Below, one piece after another: positions 8,187-17,972 of a stretch of 64,000 bases of DNA. This DNA is from an uncultured Bacteroidota bacterium (GTDB lineage: Bacteria; Bacteroidota; Bacteroidia; Chitinophagales; LD1): the NCBI GenBank assembly GCA_903861145.1, contig CAIOTH010000145.1:14750-78749 (forward strand). Reading direction: 5' to 3'. Numbering within the stretch: the stretch's first letter is position 1; every line of letters begins with the position of its first letter. The position numbers were made by a program, and so were the translations under genes. The notes beneath the pieces are model-generated. The model was not told the DNA's origin. It saw nothing but the letters and a program-made list of their open reading frames with translations, and ran no database searches.

Positions 8187-8273
8187 ACATTTAAGATTAA
8201 AGGGTTTAACATTCCCGGCACCTTTGGTTATTGCTTTATCCAAAAATGGCTATAATTACATCGCGTTGCAGCT

Positions 8274-8810
8274 ATGCGTACAATAACGGCCTTTCTTCTT
8301 ACTACCCTTATACTCATCAACCTTTTTGGTTTTTACGCCATTTTTATGGTTAAACAAACCGAAATAAAGTCTGAGATGAGAGAAAGTGTAAGCAAATCGA
8401 AACCAGCCGGGGTGCGCGAGACTTTATCCTTCCATAAAAACGAATTTGACAAACTGCCTTTTGATGATAATGGTAAAGAGCTTCATTATGAAGGAAAGCT
8501 GTATGATGTGGTTACAATAGAAAACACTGACAGTGAAGTAAACGTTACGGTTGAGTATGACGTGAAAGAAACTACCCTGATTGATACACTTATGGGCGAG
8601 CTGAATCAACAACAGGATAAAGATCAAACGTCATCGCCATTAAAAGCTTTCCTAAGTCATTTTCAGCAGGATTATATAGCTAACCAACACCACGTTCGTA
8701 CATTGAAGAACGATAAAATTACAAGCTATTGCGTTGTTAATTCCTCGTATCCGTCATCTACCTTTATGGCCGATAGCCTTACGCCTCCTCCACAGTATAT
8801 CCTTGTTTAA
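8274..8810 (+). CDS. Hypothetical membrane-anchored protein upstream of the TonB-dependent receptor
   Basis: N-terminal TM, ELHYEGKLYDVV motif, C-terminal SLTPPPQ. Confidence 0.75.
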   Translation: MRTITAFLLTTLILINLFGFYAIFMVKQTEIKSEMRESVSKSKPAGVRETLSFHKNEFDKLPFDDNGKELHYEGKLYDVVTIENTDSEVNVTVEYDVKETTLIDTLMGELNQQQDKDQTSSPLKAFLSHFQQDYIANQHHVRTLKNDKITSYCVVNSSYPSSTFMADSLTPPPQYILV

Positions 8811-8907
8811 TTGATGATTAAGCCCGTTTCGCGGCATTGACATCCTGGTATTGCATTTACTGCAATGCGGGTGGTCACTTATTATTCATAGTTACAAAAC
8901 AAGGAAA

Positions 8908-11463
8908 ATGAAAAATTTATATCTGTTTTTGTTTTTTTATTTATCAGTATTAGGTACGGTTGTAGCACAAAATTCTTTAAGTGGTAAGGTTACCGGCATT
9001 GGCAAAGACAGCGCCGGCCTGGATGGCGCTTTGGTTTACATTCCCGATTTAAAAACCGGTGGAGTAGTACATGCCGATGGCAGTTATACTATCAACAATT
9101 TGCCCAAAGGGAATTATGCGGTTGAGGCCCGCCTGGTTGGGTACGGCCGCCAAATTATTACGGTAAACATTAGTGGCGCCACTATGCAAAATTTTGAACT
9201 TGCGCAGGCAACTATTAACGAGGAGGAAGTAGTAGTAACCGGAAACTCTAAAGCAATTTCGCGAGACCAAAATCCACAGCCGACTACCGAGGTTAACAGC
9301 GATTACTTCAATGAACACTCGGCAACTAACGTTATTGATGCTATTGCGCTTGCACCCGGTGTTTCGGCAATTACCGATGGCCAGAGTATTTCAAAACCAA
9401 TAATAAGGGGCCTGGGTTATAACCGGGTATTAACTGTTAGCGACGGTGTTACAATGGAAGATCAGGCATGGTTTGATGAGTTTGGTATTGAAGTTGACCC
9501 CGATGCTGTAGACCGTGCCGAAATTTTAAAAGGGCCCGCTTCATTAGCCTACGGGTCCGATGCAATTGCGGGGGTTGTGAACCTGATACCGGAAGCGCCA
9601 TTGGCCGAAGGACAGATAAAAGGCGAAATCGCTAGTAATTATCAAACCAATAACGGGTTGGTAAAAAACATGTTTAAAATTGGCGGCACTAACAGCGGTA
9701 TTAGCTGGGGCGGCCGTATTGATTATACTTTGGCACACGCATACCAAAACGCTTACGATGGCTATGTGCTGAACACCCAGTTCAACAATTTTAATGTTGA
9801 CGGTAATTTAGGCATACACCGCAAATGGGGTTATATGCAGGTGCGGGCAAGCTACTTTAGCCTTTATACTGGTATTGTTGATGGTTCAAGAGATTCTGCA
9901 GGGAATCAACTACGCGCTATATATGAGGCCGATGTGGATACTGCGGGACCGGTTGAACGGCCCGCAACCAACCAGGAAGCTCGCTCTTATACCCCGTTTG
10001 TAATATACCAGCACATACAGCATACCAAGGTTATTTTGGATAATAGTTTTGCTGTGGGTAACGGACGTATTAGCGCCATATTTTCTTTCCAAAGAAATCA
10101 GCGCCAGGAAATAAACGACCCTACTCAACCTAACACGGCCGATATTTACTACTACTCAAACGCTGCTACTTACGATTTGCGTTACGTATCGCAAAACTGG
10201 AGCGGCTTCGATTTCTCGGCTGGTATAAATGGTGCTTACCAGTCATCGCAAAGCTTAGGTACCCTAATGCTGATACCTAATTATAACCTGTTTCAGATTG
10301 GTGGTTTCGTTATTGGCAACTATAAATACAAAGGCCTAACCGTTAGCGGTGGCATACGTTATGATGAACGCATGTTTACCGGTGTTGACCATTGGATTGA
10401 CTCAACTACTCAGCAACCGGTTGCTGCTACAGACCCAAACGCATTTCATGAGTTTACCGGCTTCAAGTCAAAATTCGGGGGCATATCAGGCAGTGTCGGT
10501 GCTACCTATAACTTTAAGCACGATGTGTATATTAAAGCTAATCTCGCCAGTGGCTTCAGAGCGCCGAACGTGGCTGAGTGTGCAGCAAACGGAGTGCATG
10601 ATGGAACTGTTGTATGGGAGTTGGGCGACCCTAACCTAAAGCCGGAGCAAAGCCTGGAAGAAGACCTTGCAATAGGCATGAATGACAAAAATGTAAGCTT
10701 CGAGGTAGACGCTTTTAATAACAGCATCAGCAACTTTATTTTTGCGCAAGGTTTATTAGGTGCCGATGGCACCGACTCCATCAACAACACACTAACAACC
10801 GCCGGCTTAGGCGATGCACCGGTGTTTAAATACACCCAGGGCAGCGCCGAACTTTACGGTGGCGAAGCGATGTTGCACATTCACCCCGTAGCTGCTTCGT
10901 GGATTGAACTTTACTCTTCATTCAGCATGGTTATGGGTGGCTTAACCAAAGTGCACGATGCAACCGGCGCACTGGTAAAAGCTCCTGATTCTATTCGCGT
11001 GCTGCCTTTTGTTCCGCCAATGAGGCTTACTGCCGATTTGAGATTTAACCTCAATAATTTTGTAAAAGGCTCAGCAATGGATAAAGCCGTAAAACGCACT
11101 TACGTAAAAATCGGTTTCCAATATTGCTTCCAGCAAAACAAAGTATACCAGCAATACGATGTTTACAACGGTATTACTCAAGGCGCTTTAACACCCGAGC
11201 AAATTACAGCCAGCACATCAGCTACCAAAGGCTACTTTTTGCTAAACCTGGGCGCCGGTGGCGATATTCAAACGCATAAAGGCCATACGGTTGCCCGGTT
11301 ATTCCTGGCCGTTAACAATGTGCTTAACACCACCTACATGGATTACATGAACCGCTTTAAATACGCACCGGTAAACCCGCTAACCGGTAGGGTGGGTGTA
11401 TTTAACATGGGTAGAAACGTGAGCATAAAGCTCGATATACCATTAGACTTTAAGAAGGGATAG
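8908..11463 (+). CDS. TonB-dependent receptor with N-terminal carboxypeptidase-regulatory-like domain
   Basis: Signal peptide, EEVVVTG TonB-box region, plug motifs KPIIRG and RAEILKGPASLAYGSDAIAGVVN, barrel motifs ASGFRAPN and GDPNLKPEQS, C-terminal NMGRNVSIKL. Start trimmed to ATG 8908. Confidence 0.93.
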   Translation: MKNLYLFLFFYLSVLGTVVAQNSLSGKVTGIGKDSAGLDGALVYIPDLKTGGVVHADGSYTINNLPKGNYAVEARLVGYGRQIITVNISGATMQNFELAQATINEEEVVVTGNSKAISRDQNPQPTTEVNSDYFNEHSATNVIDAIALAPGVSAITDGQSISKPIIRGLGYNRVLTVSDGVTMEDQAWFDEFGIEVDPDAVDRAEILKGPASLAYGSDAIAGVVNLIPEAPLAEGQIKGEIASNYQTNNGLVKNMFKIGGTNSGISWGGRIDYTLAHAYQNAYDGYVLNTQFNNFNVDGNLGIHRKWGYMQVRASYFSLYTGIVDGSRDSAGNQLRAIYEADVDTAGPVERPATNQEARSYTPFVIYQHIQHTKVILDNSFAVGNGRISAIFSFQRNQRQEINDPTQPNTADIYYYSNAATYDLRYVSQNWSGFDFSAGINGAYQSSQSLGTLMLIPNYNLFQIGGFVIGNYKYKGLTVSGGIRYDERMFTGVDHWIDSTTQQPVAATDPNAFHEFTGFKSKFGGISGSVGATYNFKHDVYIKANLASGFRAPNVAECAANGVHDGTVVWELGDPNLKPEQSLEEDLAIGMNDKNVSFEVDAFNNSISNFIFAQGLLGADGTDSINNTLTTAGLGDAPVFKYTQGSAELYGGEAMLHIHPVAASWIELYSSFSMVMGGLTKVHDATGALVKAPDSIRVLPFVPPMRLTADLRFNLNNFVKGSAMDKAVKRTYVKIGFQYCFQQNKVYQQYDVYNGITQGALTPEQITASTSATKGYFLLNLGAGGDIQTHKGHTVARLFLAVNNVLNTTYMDYMNRFKYAPVNPLTGRVGVFNMGRNVSIKLDIPLDFKKG

Positions 11464-11490
11464 ACTCGGTCCCATTGTTTTGTATTTCCA

Positions 11491-11523
11491 AAAGCCGTCC
11501 GTTATTGCGGGCGGCTTTTTTGT
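11491..11523 (+). terminator. Rho-independent terminator
   Basis: AAAGCCGTCCG-TTATTG-CGGGCGGCTTTT followed by a T run. Confidence 0.85.
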
Positions 11524-11585
11524 TTCGATAAATCGCTGCTGCTAATTCTTTACTTTTATAGCGGCCATGTAAAAAGCCTTGCTGC

Positions 11586-12395
11586 ATGAAAATCCTGAAA
11601 ATTGTTTTTGCCCTTGTAGTTTGCCTTTATATCGCAATACTGGTAATTGCCTTTTTATTTCAGGACAAGCTTGTTTTCTTTCCCCAACCGCTTGCGCGGG
11701 ATTATCGTTACAACTTATCCGATAGTGACAAAGAAGTATTTATTCCAACCGCGGATGGCAAATTGGTTAATGGCATTTTATTCCACCGTGCGGGCAATCA
11801 AAATGTAGTGCTGTACTTTCACGGTAATGGTGGGTCATTGGATTCGTGGCAACAAACCTCGGAAGATATCCTTCCGCTGAACTGTGATTTGCTGATTATC
11901 GACTATCGTGGATACGGTAAAAGCACTGGGGCGTTTTCTGAGAAGGGGTTTTATGAAGATGCGCATGCGGCTTATAAATTTTTAATTCAGACAGGTTATA
12001 AGCCCGATCAAATTATTGCCTATGGCCGTTCGTTGGGAACCGGCGTTGCTATGCAATTGGCAATTGCCGAAAAGGTAAAAGCGCTTATTCTTGAATCGCC
12101 TTATACCAACCTTCCCGGCCTGGCGGCGGAATCAATGCCGTATCTCTTACCCCAACTTTTACTTCGTTATAAGCTCAATACCTTAAAGAGGGCAAACAAG
12201 TTACAGGTTCCGGCTCTTATCATTCATGGTACCAGCGATGAGCTAATACCTGTGGCGCAAGGGCAAAAGGTGTACAATGCAATTTCCTCCCCCAAAAAGC
12301 TACTCTTAATTAATGGCGGAGGGCATAATAACTTAAGTCAATTTCCAGAACACTTTAAAGGCATAAAGGATTTTATTAACACATTACCTGAGTAA
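11586..12395 (+). CDS. Alpha/beta hydrolase (ABHD13/YhfR-like) with N-terminal TM
   Basis: YFHGNGG, DYRGYGKS, GRSLG nucleophile, HGTSDELIP, GGHNNL. Confidence 0.9.
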   Translation: MKILKIVFALVVCLYIAILVIAFLFQDKLVFFPQPLARDYRYNLSDSDKEVFIPTADGKLVNGILFHRAGNQNVVLYFHGNGGSLDSWQQTSEDILPLNCDLLIIDYRGYGKSTGAFSEKGFYEDAHAAYKFLIQTGYKPDQIIAYGRSLGTGVAMQLAIAEKVKALILESPYTNLPGLAAESMPYLLPQLLLRYKLNTLKRANKLQVPALIIHGTSDELIPVAQGQKVYNAISSPKKLLLINGGGHNNLSQFPEHFKGIKDFINTLPE

Positions 12396-12410
12396 TAGTA
12401 TTGGGTAAAA

Positions 12411-12447
12411 ATCAAAAGAGCCACTCAATTTGAGTGGCTCTTTTGAT
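12411..12447. terminator. Bidirectional terminator between convergent genes
   Basis: Perfect palindrome ATCAAAAGAGCCACTCAA-T-TTGAGTGGCTCTTTTGAT. Confidence 0.88.
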
Positions 12448-12463
12448 TTAAAATATAGAAGGC

Positions 12464-14797
12464 CTATTTATTTGAACCCGCTTTTAACCCCGGGTGTGGT
12501 GCCGGTGGATTGCTATCGCCGTTTTCACCTTCGTTAGAGTAGCGGAACTCAACCTTGTTCTTCAACTTCTTCTCAAACGGAGTGCCCTCGGCAGCTTTTT
12601 TACCGCCCTGGTATTTAATAATAAACCTGTCGCGTGATAAGCCATATTTCTCAACCAGGTAATCTACCGCTGCATTAGCGCGGTTCCAACCTAACTGCTC
12701 ATTGTACTTCTGGTCATTGCGCGATTCATCATAACCGGTAACTACGAGCTTAGTATCAGGGCACATTTGCATCCGCTCAGCCACCTGGTGCAGGTTACCG
12801 TAGTATTGCGGGTCGAGGTAATATTTATCGGCATCAAACATTACAGCAGGTAACTCAATCTTCGAGCAGTCGTAAATAGTAGTGCCCTTCTTCTTGGTGC
12901 CATTATCTACATAAAGGCCATTAGACCCGTTTTGACCATTCTTGCCGTCCTGTCCATTCTTGCCGTCCTGCGAGTTTTGACCATTCTTACCATCCTGGCC
13001 ATTAACACCATTCTGTCCATTAGCGCCATCAACACCATTCTTACCATCCACCGGAATTCTGCTTCTGCCTGCAGTATCGCAACAAGGATTTGGAGGAATA
13101 ATAGCCATGCCGTCTGAGTCGATAGGATAACCCGGAGGTGAGAATGGTTCTTTATCCAAACAATCAATAATGCCATCGTGATCGCTATCTAAAGCAACAC
13201 CATGGGCATCAACAGGGCAGCCTTTTTTGGTGTTAGGTTCCCTATCAAGGTAATTAGGCACACCATCATCATCATCATCCTTAAACATCTGGTCCATCAG
13301 CGATTGAGGATCAACCTCGCCCAGTTTTCTATAAGTGTGGTAAACAGGGTTTAACCAGTACATCGGCTCAGTTCGGTTTTTACCACCCAGGTGAATGTTT
13401 ACGTTAATAGAGGTATACCCAATATTATCATAGTGGCTCACCAAAGCAGGGTGCTCATCTTGCTGCCACCTATAACCGTCAACATGCGCTTGCGTAAATA
13501 GTATGCGCTCTTCAATCCCTAAAGTAACCCACTTCGATATGTGGAATTGAACTCCAATTCCTGCAGTTGCAGTGGGGTCAAACTCCCAGTTTTTCACACC
13601 GAACTTGTCATTTTCGTGATCTGCCAGCTCGTGATAACCCCCGTTATAAATAGAGCTTAATAAAGCAAGCGCTTGTTTACGTTGATTTACTACCCGCGAG
13701 TTAACGTTGTTATTATTGTTTGTCTGGTAAAGCTCTTCCACCTGTGAGAAGTCATATACGTGCCCGTTTTTATCAAGGGCATCGGTGTAGGTAGTAAAGA
13801 AAAAGCCGCTAATTCCACCAAGCACGTAAAAGTTTACAAAATTTCTTTCTTTATGAAAATTGATGTTGCCAATATTAAAAACACCCTCCAGGTGCATTTC
13901 ATGTACCCAGGCCCGGTAATTGTAAAAAAACAAATGGTTCATGTTAATGCCGGCAATGGTTTTCGACGGCAACAGGTTGGGGTTTGAGTAATAGTTGACC
14001 CTTGAGTCAAAGCCCCCGTTCAAAGCCTTATTAAACTCCAGGTTTTCGTTGGGCTGGTAGTCGCGGCCGGTCAACATCATAAAATTATATCCCCCGCGTA
14101 ACGAGAAAAAGTACCCCAATGCCTTTCGTATAGTAAATCCCGCTCCAATATTTTCGAACACACCCGGCCCACTAATGTAGGGCTTTACGTTACCACTCAA
14201 AAGCGCCGAACCTATATTAATCCCCAACTCCCACTGATCTTTAGGCCGCGCGGGGAAAGCGTACTGTCGGGCCAAATAGCTTTTCTGCTGCTTTTCTTTT
14301 TTCTTGCCCTTTTGATAAACTGCCGAATCAAGGTCGTATCGTGGCATTAATGGGGTAGAGATTTCTTTTCTTTGATAGAAGTTATAGTTTTTAGATTCCA
14401 TATCAGGCTTCATAAACTGAGTCTGATTCTGAATGTCCTTCTTGTGTTTTGTTGGAGTCGTATCTGCGGGTGCGGTACCTTGATCAGTAACCACAGGAGC
14501 CGGTGCATCATACATGGGTTGCGCTGGCTTAGCACTGTCGCTTGCAACAACCGGGTGTTCACCATCAGCTGGTGTTGTAGCTGGAGATGAAACTGCAGGA
14601 TCGGACGATACAGGGGCAGAAGGAGTTAAACCTGAATTTCCTGAATCTACAGCAGAGGCCGGTGATATCTGCACGGGGGTAATAACAGCAGGTTCGCTTT
14701 TAGCAGGTGCCTGGGTTGAATCGGGTGCCTGCGCATATATACTAACAGCAGTAAACGAAAACAAAAAAATCAATAATGATTTTGTAAAATTTCTCAT
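12464..14797 (-). CDS. OmpA-family outer-membrane protein: P/A/S/T-rich linker, beta-barrel, TSP3-like Ca-binding repeats, collagen-like repeat, OmpA C-terminal domain
   Basis: Signal peptide (MRNFTKS..., ATG 14797); amphipathic strands; EPMYWLNP; DDDDDGVPNYLD and DSDHDGIIDCLD; (GxN/D)14; VMFDADK...YNEQLGWNRANAAVDYL. Confidence 0.85.
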   Translation of the reverse strand: MRNFTKSLLIFLFSFTAVSIYAQAPDSTQAPAKSEPAVITPVQISPASAVDSGNSGLTPSAPVSSDPAVSSPATTPADGEHPVVASDSAKPAQPMYDAPAPVVTDQGTAPADTTPTKHKKDIQNQTQFMKPDMESKNYNFYQRKEISTPLMPRYDLDSAVYQKGKKKEKQQKSYLARQYAFPARPKDQWELGINIGSALLSGNVKPYISGPGVFENIGAGFTIRKALGYFFSLRGGYNFMMLTGRDYQPNENLEFNKALNGGFDSRVNYYSNPNLLPSKTIAGINMNHLFFYNYRAWVHEMHLEGVFNIGNINFHKERNFVNFYVLGGISGFFFTTYTDALDKNGHVYDFSQVEELYQTNNNNNVNSRVVNQRKQALALLSSIYNGGYHELADHENDKFGVKNWEFDPTATAGIGVQFHISKWVTLGIEERILFTQAHVDGYRWQQDEHPALVSHYDNIGYTSINVNIHLGGKNRTEPMYWLNPVYHTYRKLGEVDPQSLMDQMFKDDDDDGVPNYLDREPNTKKGCPVDAHGVALDSDHDGIIDCLDKEPFSPPGYPIDSDGMAIIPPNPCCDTAGRSRIPVDGKNGVDGANGQNGVNGQDGKNGQNSQDGKNGQDGKNGQNGSNGLYVDNGTKKKGTTIYDCSKIELPAVMFDADKYYLDPQYYGNLHQVAERMQMCPDTKLVVTGYDESRNDQKYNEQLGWNRANAAVDYLVEKYGLSRDRFIIKYQGGKKAAEGTPFEKKLKNKVEFRYSNEGENGDSNPPAPHPGLKAGSNK
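12920..13045 (-). repeat. Collagen-like Gly-X-Y coding repeat (14 triplets, one Gly replaced by Ser)
   Basis: GKN GVD GAN GQN GVN GQD GKN GQN SQD GKN GQD GKN GQN GSN. DNA tandem duplication CCATTCTTGCCGTCCTG x2. Confidence 0.9.
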
Positions 14798-15026
14798 AAT
14801 CCGGATTGATTTTAATACCACACTCTTAGCAAATAAAACACGCGCGTTTCAAAACTGCAACATTTGGGCCGGCTACAGGTAGGCAAATTAAACAAAAAAA
14901 AGCCAATTTGGGAAGCCTGTTTGCTTGCACGGGCAAATGGTTTTACCCAAAAATCGTTCATTGCACCTTTTTAATAGACGAATGAGGCAAGATTACAAGT
15001 GAATTCATGACCGTTAAACCTCAACA

Positions 15027-16067
15027 TTAGCCCGCAAAATGGTTCCATCCCTGGGCCTTTAATGGATGTCGGTTGTTGCTTTTGGTTATTAGTATATAAC
15101 CGGCTTCTTTTTTGGTAATCTGCCCGATTACCGAAAAAGTTTCGTTGCCCGCTAATTTGGTCTCATCCTGGGGTTCAATAGTAAAAAGTAGCTCATAATC
15201 CTCTCCACCGTTAAGGGCACAGGTAATTGGGTCAAGGTTAAATGTAAGGGCCATTTGGTAGGTCTCTTCGCTCAAGGGGACTTCGCCCTCCAATATTTCA
15301 CACCCTACGCCACTTTGAGTGCAGATATGCATAATATCCGATGACAATCCATCACTCAGGTCCATCATCGAGGTGGGCTTAATCTCAAACTCCTTAAAAT
15401 ATTGAATAACATCTTTTCTGGCTTCAGGTTTTAGTTGGCGGCCTATTAGGTAATCTGCATCCTCAAGCTCGGGTTGCAGGTCCGGGTGCTCCAAGTAAAT
15501 TCTCTTTTCCCGCTCTAAAATTTGCAGCCCTAAATAAGCAGCTCCCAAATCGCCTGTTACACATATCAGGTCACCTTCTTTAGCGCCGTTGCGATAAACC
15601 AGTTCATCAAAATTAGCTGTACCAATGGCTGTTACTGAAATTACCAGGCCCGATAATGAGGACGTGGTGTCTCCGCCAACCAAGTCAACCTTATAGTGCT
15701 CGCATGCCAGTTTAATACCGGCATAAAGTTCATCCAACGCTTCAACCGTAAAGCGCGATGACAATGCCAGCGAAACCGTTATTTGTTGCGGTTCGGCATT
15801 CATCGCATAAATATCGCTTAGGTTGACTACTACACTTTTGTAGCCAAGGTGTTTAAGCGGTGTGTAAACCAAGTCAAAGTGAATGCCTTCAACCAGTAAA
15901 TCGGTACTTATTACTGTTTTTTTACCAAGGCTATCAATAACCGCGGCATCATCGCCTACGCCTTTAATAGTTGAAGCGTTTACCGATTGAAAACCGCTTG
16001 TAAGCCGGTTTATTAAACCAAACTCACCCAGGGTACTAATAGGGGTTACTTTCTTATCTTCTGCCAT
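15027..16067 (-). CDS. thiL: Thiamine-monophosphate kinase
   Basis: LGEFGLI, GVGDDAAV, STDLLVEGIHF, NLSDIYAMNA, GGDT, DLSDGL, GGEDYELLFT. Confidence 0.96.
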   Translation of the reverse strand: MAEDKKVTPISTLGEFGLINRLTSGFQSVNASTIKGVGDDAAVIDSLGKKTVISTDLLVEGIHFDLVYTPLKHLGYKSVVVNLSDIYAMNAEPQQITVSLALSSRFTVEALDELYAGIKLACEHYKVDLVGGDTTSSLSGLVISVTAIGTANFDELVYRNGAKEGDLICVTGDLGAAYLGLQILEREKRIYLEHPDLQPELEDADYLIGRQLKPEARKDVIQYFKEFEIKPTSMMDLSDGLSSDIMHICTQSGVGCEILEGEVPLSEETYQMALTFNLDPITCALNGGEDYELLFTIEPQDETKLAGNETFSVIGQITKKEAGYILITKSNNRHPLKAQGWNHFAG

Positions 16068-16178
16068 AACATCTTTTGATTCGGCAAGATTACTATATTA
16101 GAACTCAATTAAGAAGAATGATTTGAGATAGCCGGGGTTATTCCAACTGGCTCATACTCAGTTACCAACGCATTAAGC

Positions 16179-16772
16179 ATGGTCGTACCCGATAAAAAGC
16201 GCCTTCAGTATTTTAGCTGGCTTACCCTTTTAGGTATGAGCGCCATTGGCATTTTACTAATAAGTTACCTTCAAAAGCGCGATGTACAAACCGTGCTTTT
16301 GGGTGGTAAACCGTATTATGCCCAGGTGCTAAGCGGCTTGTTTTTCGGTAGCTTGTCTGCCTTGCTCGCAATTTTGTTAATACGGGGTAAAAAATTTAAA
16401 GGCGTCCGCAGTTTTTTCGAAAACCTGATGCATGAATTAAATCCATCGGTTTTTAATATCCTGTTTTACTCATTTTGTGCCAGCGTAGGCGAAGAGGTGC
16501 TTTTCAGGGCAGGGATACAGCCGCTTCCCTATATTGGCATTTGGCCGGCATCGGTGCTGTTTGTTTTGTTACATGGATATATCAACCCTTCAAATATTCG
16601 CCTAAGTATTTATGGCTTCTTTTTGATTGTCATTTGCTCGGGCTTCGGGTACCTCTTTAAATTTTTCGGGCTTACCTCAAGCATTGTTGCTCATTTTGTT
16701 TACGATGTGGCCATGTTTAGCATGCTCAAATATGCGCATCGCCCTGCAAATGGTGGCGCAAAGGCCATTTAA
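16179..16772 (+). CDS. CPBP (Abi/CAAX protease) family intramembrane glutamic endopeptidase
   Basis: GEEVLFRA, FVLLH and IVAHFVYD motifs; multiple TM segments. Confidence 0.88.
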   Translation: MVVPDKKRLQYFSWLTLLGMSAIGILLISYLQKRDVQTVLLGGKPYYAQVLSGLFFGSLSALLAILLIRGKKFKGVRSFFENLMHELNPSVFNILFYSFCASVGEEVLFRAGIQPLPYIGIWPASVLFVLLHGYINPSNIRLSIYGFFLIVICSGFGYLFKFFGLTSSIVAHFVYDVAMFSMLKYAHRPANGGAKAI

Positions 16773-16909
16773 CGGTAAACCGCCCATTTCCACAAAAAAT
16801 TTTCTCACATTATGCACAATAACTTTTTGTTAACGAATGCTGACGAAGTGTAAGAAGTTTTTCTCTTCTTTGCGCCTTATTGAAAAACCCTTAGAAATCT
16901 CTCCAAAGC

Positions 16910-17938
16910 ATGGCTTTGTTCAACTTTTTAACTCAGGAAATTGCCATTGACCTTGGCACGGCCAACACCCTCATTATCCATAACGATAAGGTAGTTGTTG
17001 ACCAACCATCAATTGTAGCCATTGACCGCCGAACCGATAAAGTAATAGCTGTGGGCCAAAAGGCCATGCAGATGCATGAAAAAACTCATGCCAATATTAA
17101 AACCGTACGTCCGCTAAAAGATGGTGTAATTGCCGATTTCCGCGCTGCCGAAAGCATGATACGTGAAATGATTAATATGATTTACGGTGCTAAGAAGCCC
17201 ATGTTTCCTCCGCGGTATCGTATGGTAATTTGTATCCCATCTGGCATTACCGAAGTTGAAAAACGCGCAGTAAAAGACTCTGCCGAGCAGGCCGGTGGCC
17301 AGGAAGTAAAGATGATACATGAGCCAATGGCGGCCGCTATCGGTATTGGTATTGATGTTGAAGAACCCAATGGCAATATGATTATTGATATTGGCGGTGG
17401 AACTACCGAAATCGCCGTTATTGCATTGTCAGGTATTGTTTGCGACCAGTCTATTCGCGTTGCGGGCGATGAATTTACCCTCGATATTGTTGATTACATG
17501 CGCCGCCAGCATAACATGTTAATTGGTGAAAGAACAGCCGAAATGATTAAAATAAATGTAGGCTCAGCACTTACAGATATTGATACCCCACCCGATGACT
17601 ATGCCGTTAACGGCCGCGATTTGATGACCGGTATCCCTAAGCAGATTATCGTTTCTTACTCTGAAATTGCCCACGCTATCGATAAATCAATTTCAAAAAT
17701 TGAAGAAGCAATTTTGAAGGCCCTCGAAACTACACCTCCTGAATTAGCAGCCGATATTTTTAAAACCGGTTTATATCTAACCGGTGGTGGTGCATTGCTG
17801 CGTGGCCTCGACAAACGAATCGGACAAAAAACAAAGCTACCCGTGCATGTTGCCGAAGACCCTTTGCGCGCCGTTGTAAGAGGTACCGGTATTGCGCTAA
17901 AGCATATCGACAAGTTCACATTCCTGATGGATGATTGA
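16910..17938 (+). CDS. mreB: Rod shape-determining protein MreB
   Basis: IAIDLGTANT, PLKDGVIADF, IHEPMAAAIG, DIGGGTTE, LTGGGALL, AEDPLRAVVRG. Confidence 0.98.
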   Translation: MALFNFLTQEIAIDLGTANTLIIHNDKVVVDQPSIVAIDRRTDKVIAVGQKAMQMHEKTHANIKTVRPLKDGVIADFRAAESMIREMINMIYGAKKPMFPPRYRMVICIPSGITEVEKRAVKDSAEQAGGQEVKMIHEPMAAAIGIGIDVEEPNGNMIIDIGGGTTEIAVIALSGIVCDQSIRVAGDEFTLDIVDYMRRQHNMLIGERTAEMIKINVGSALTDIDTPPDDYAVNGRDLMTGIPKQIIVSYSEIAHAIDKSISKIEEAILKALETTPPELAADIFKTGLYLTGGGALLRGLDKRIGQKTKLPVHVAEDPLRAVVRGTGIALKHIDKFTFLMDD

Positions 17939-17972
17939 TTAAGCTGAGTAGACCGGGGATAACATATAAAGC

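Noticed and set aside
14514-14882. 122-aa + strand ORF
   Set aside because: Antisense shadow of the low-complexity OmpA N-terminus; no motif.
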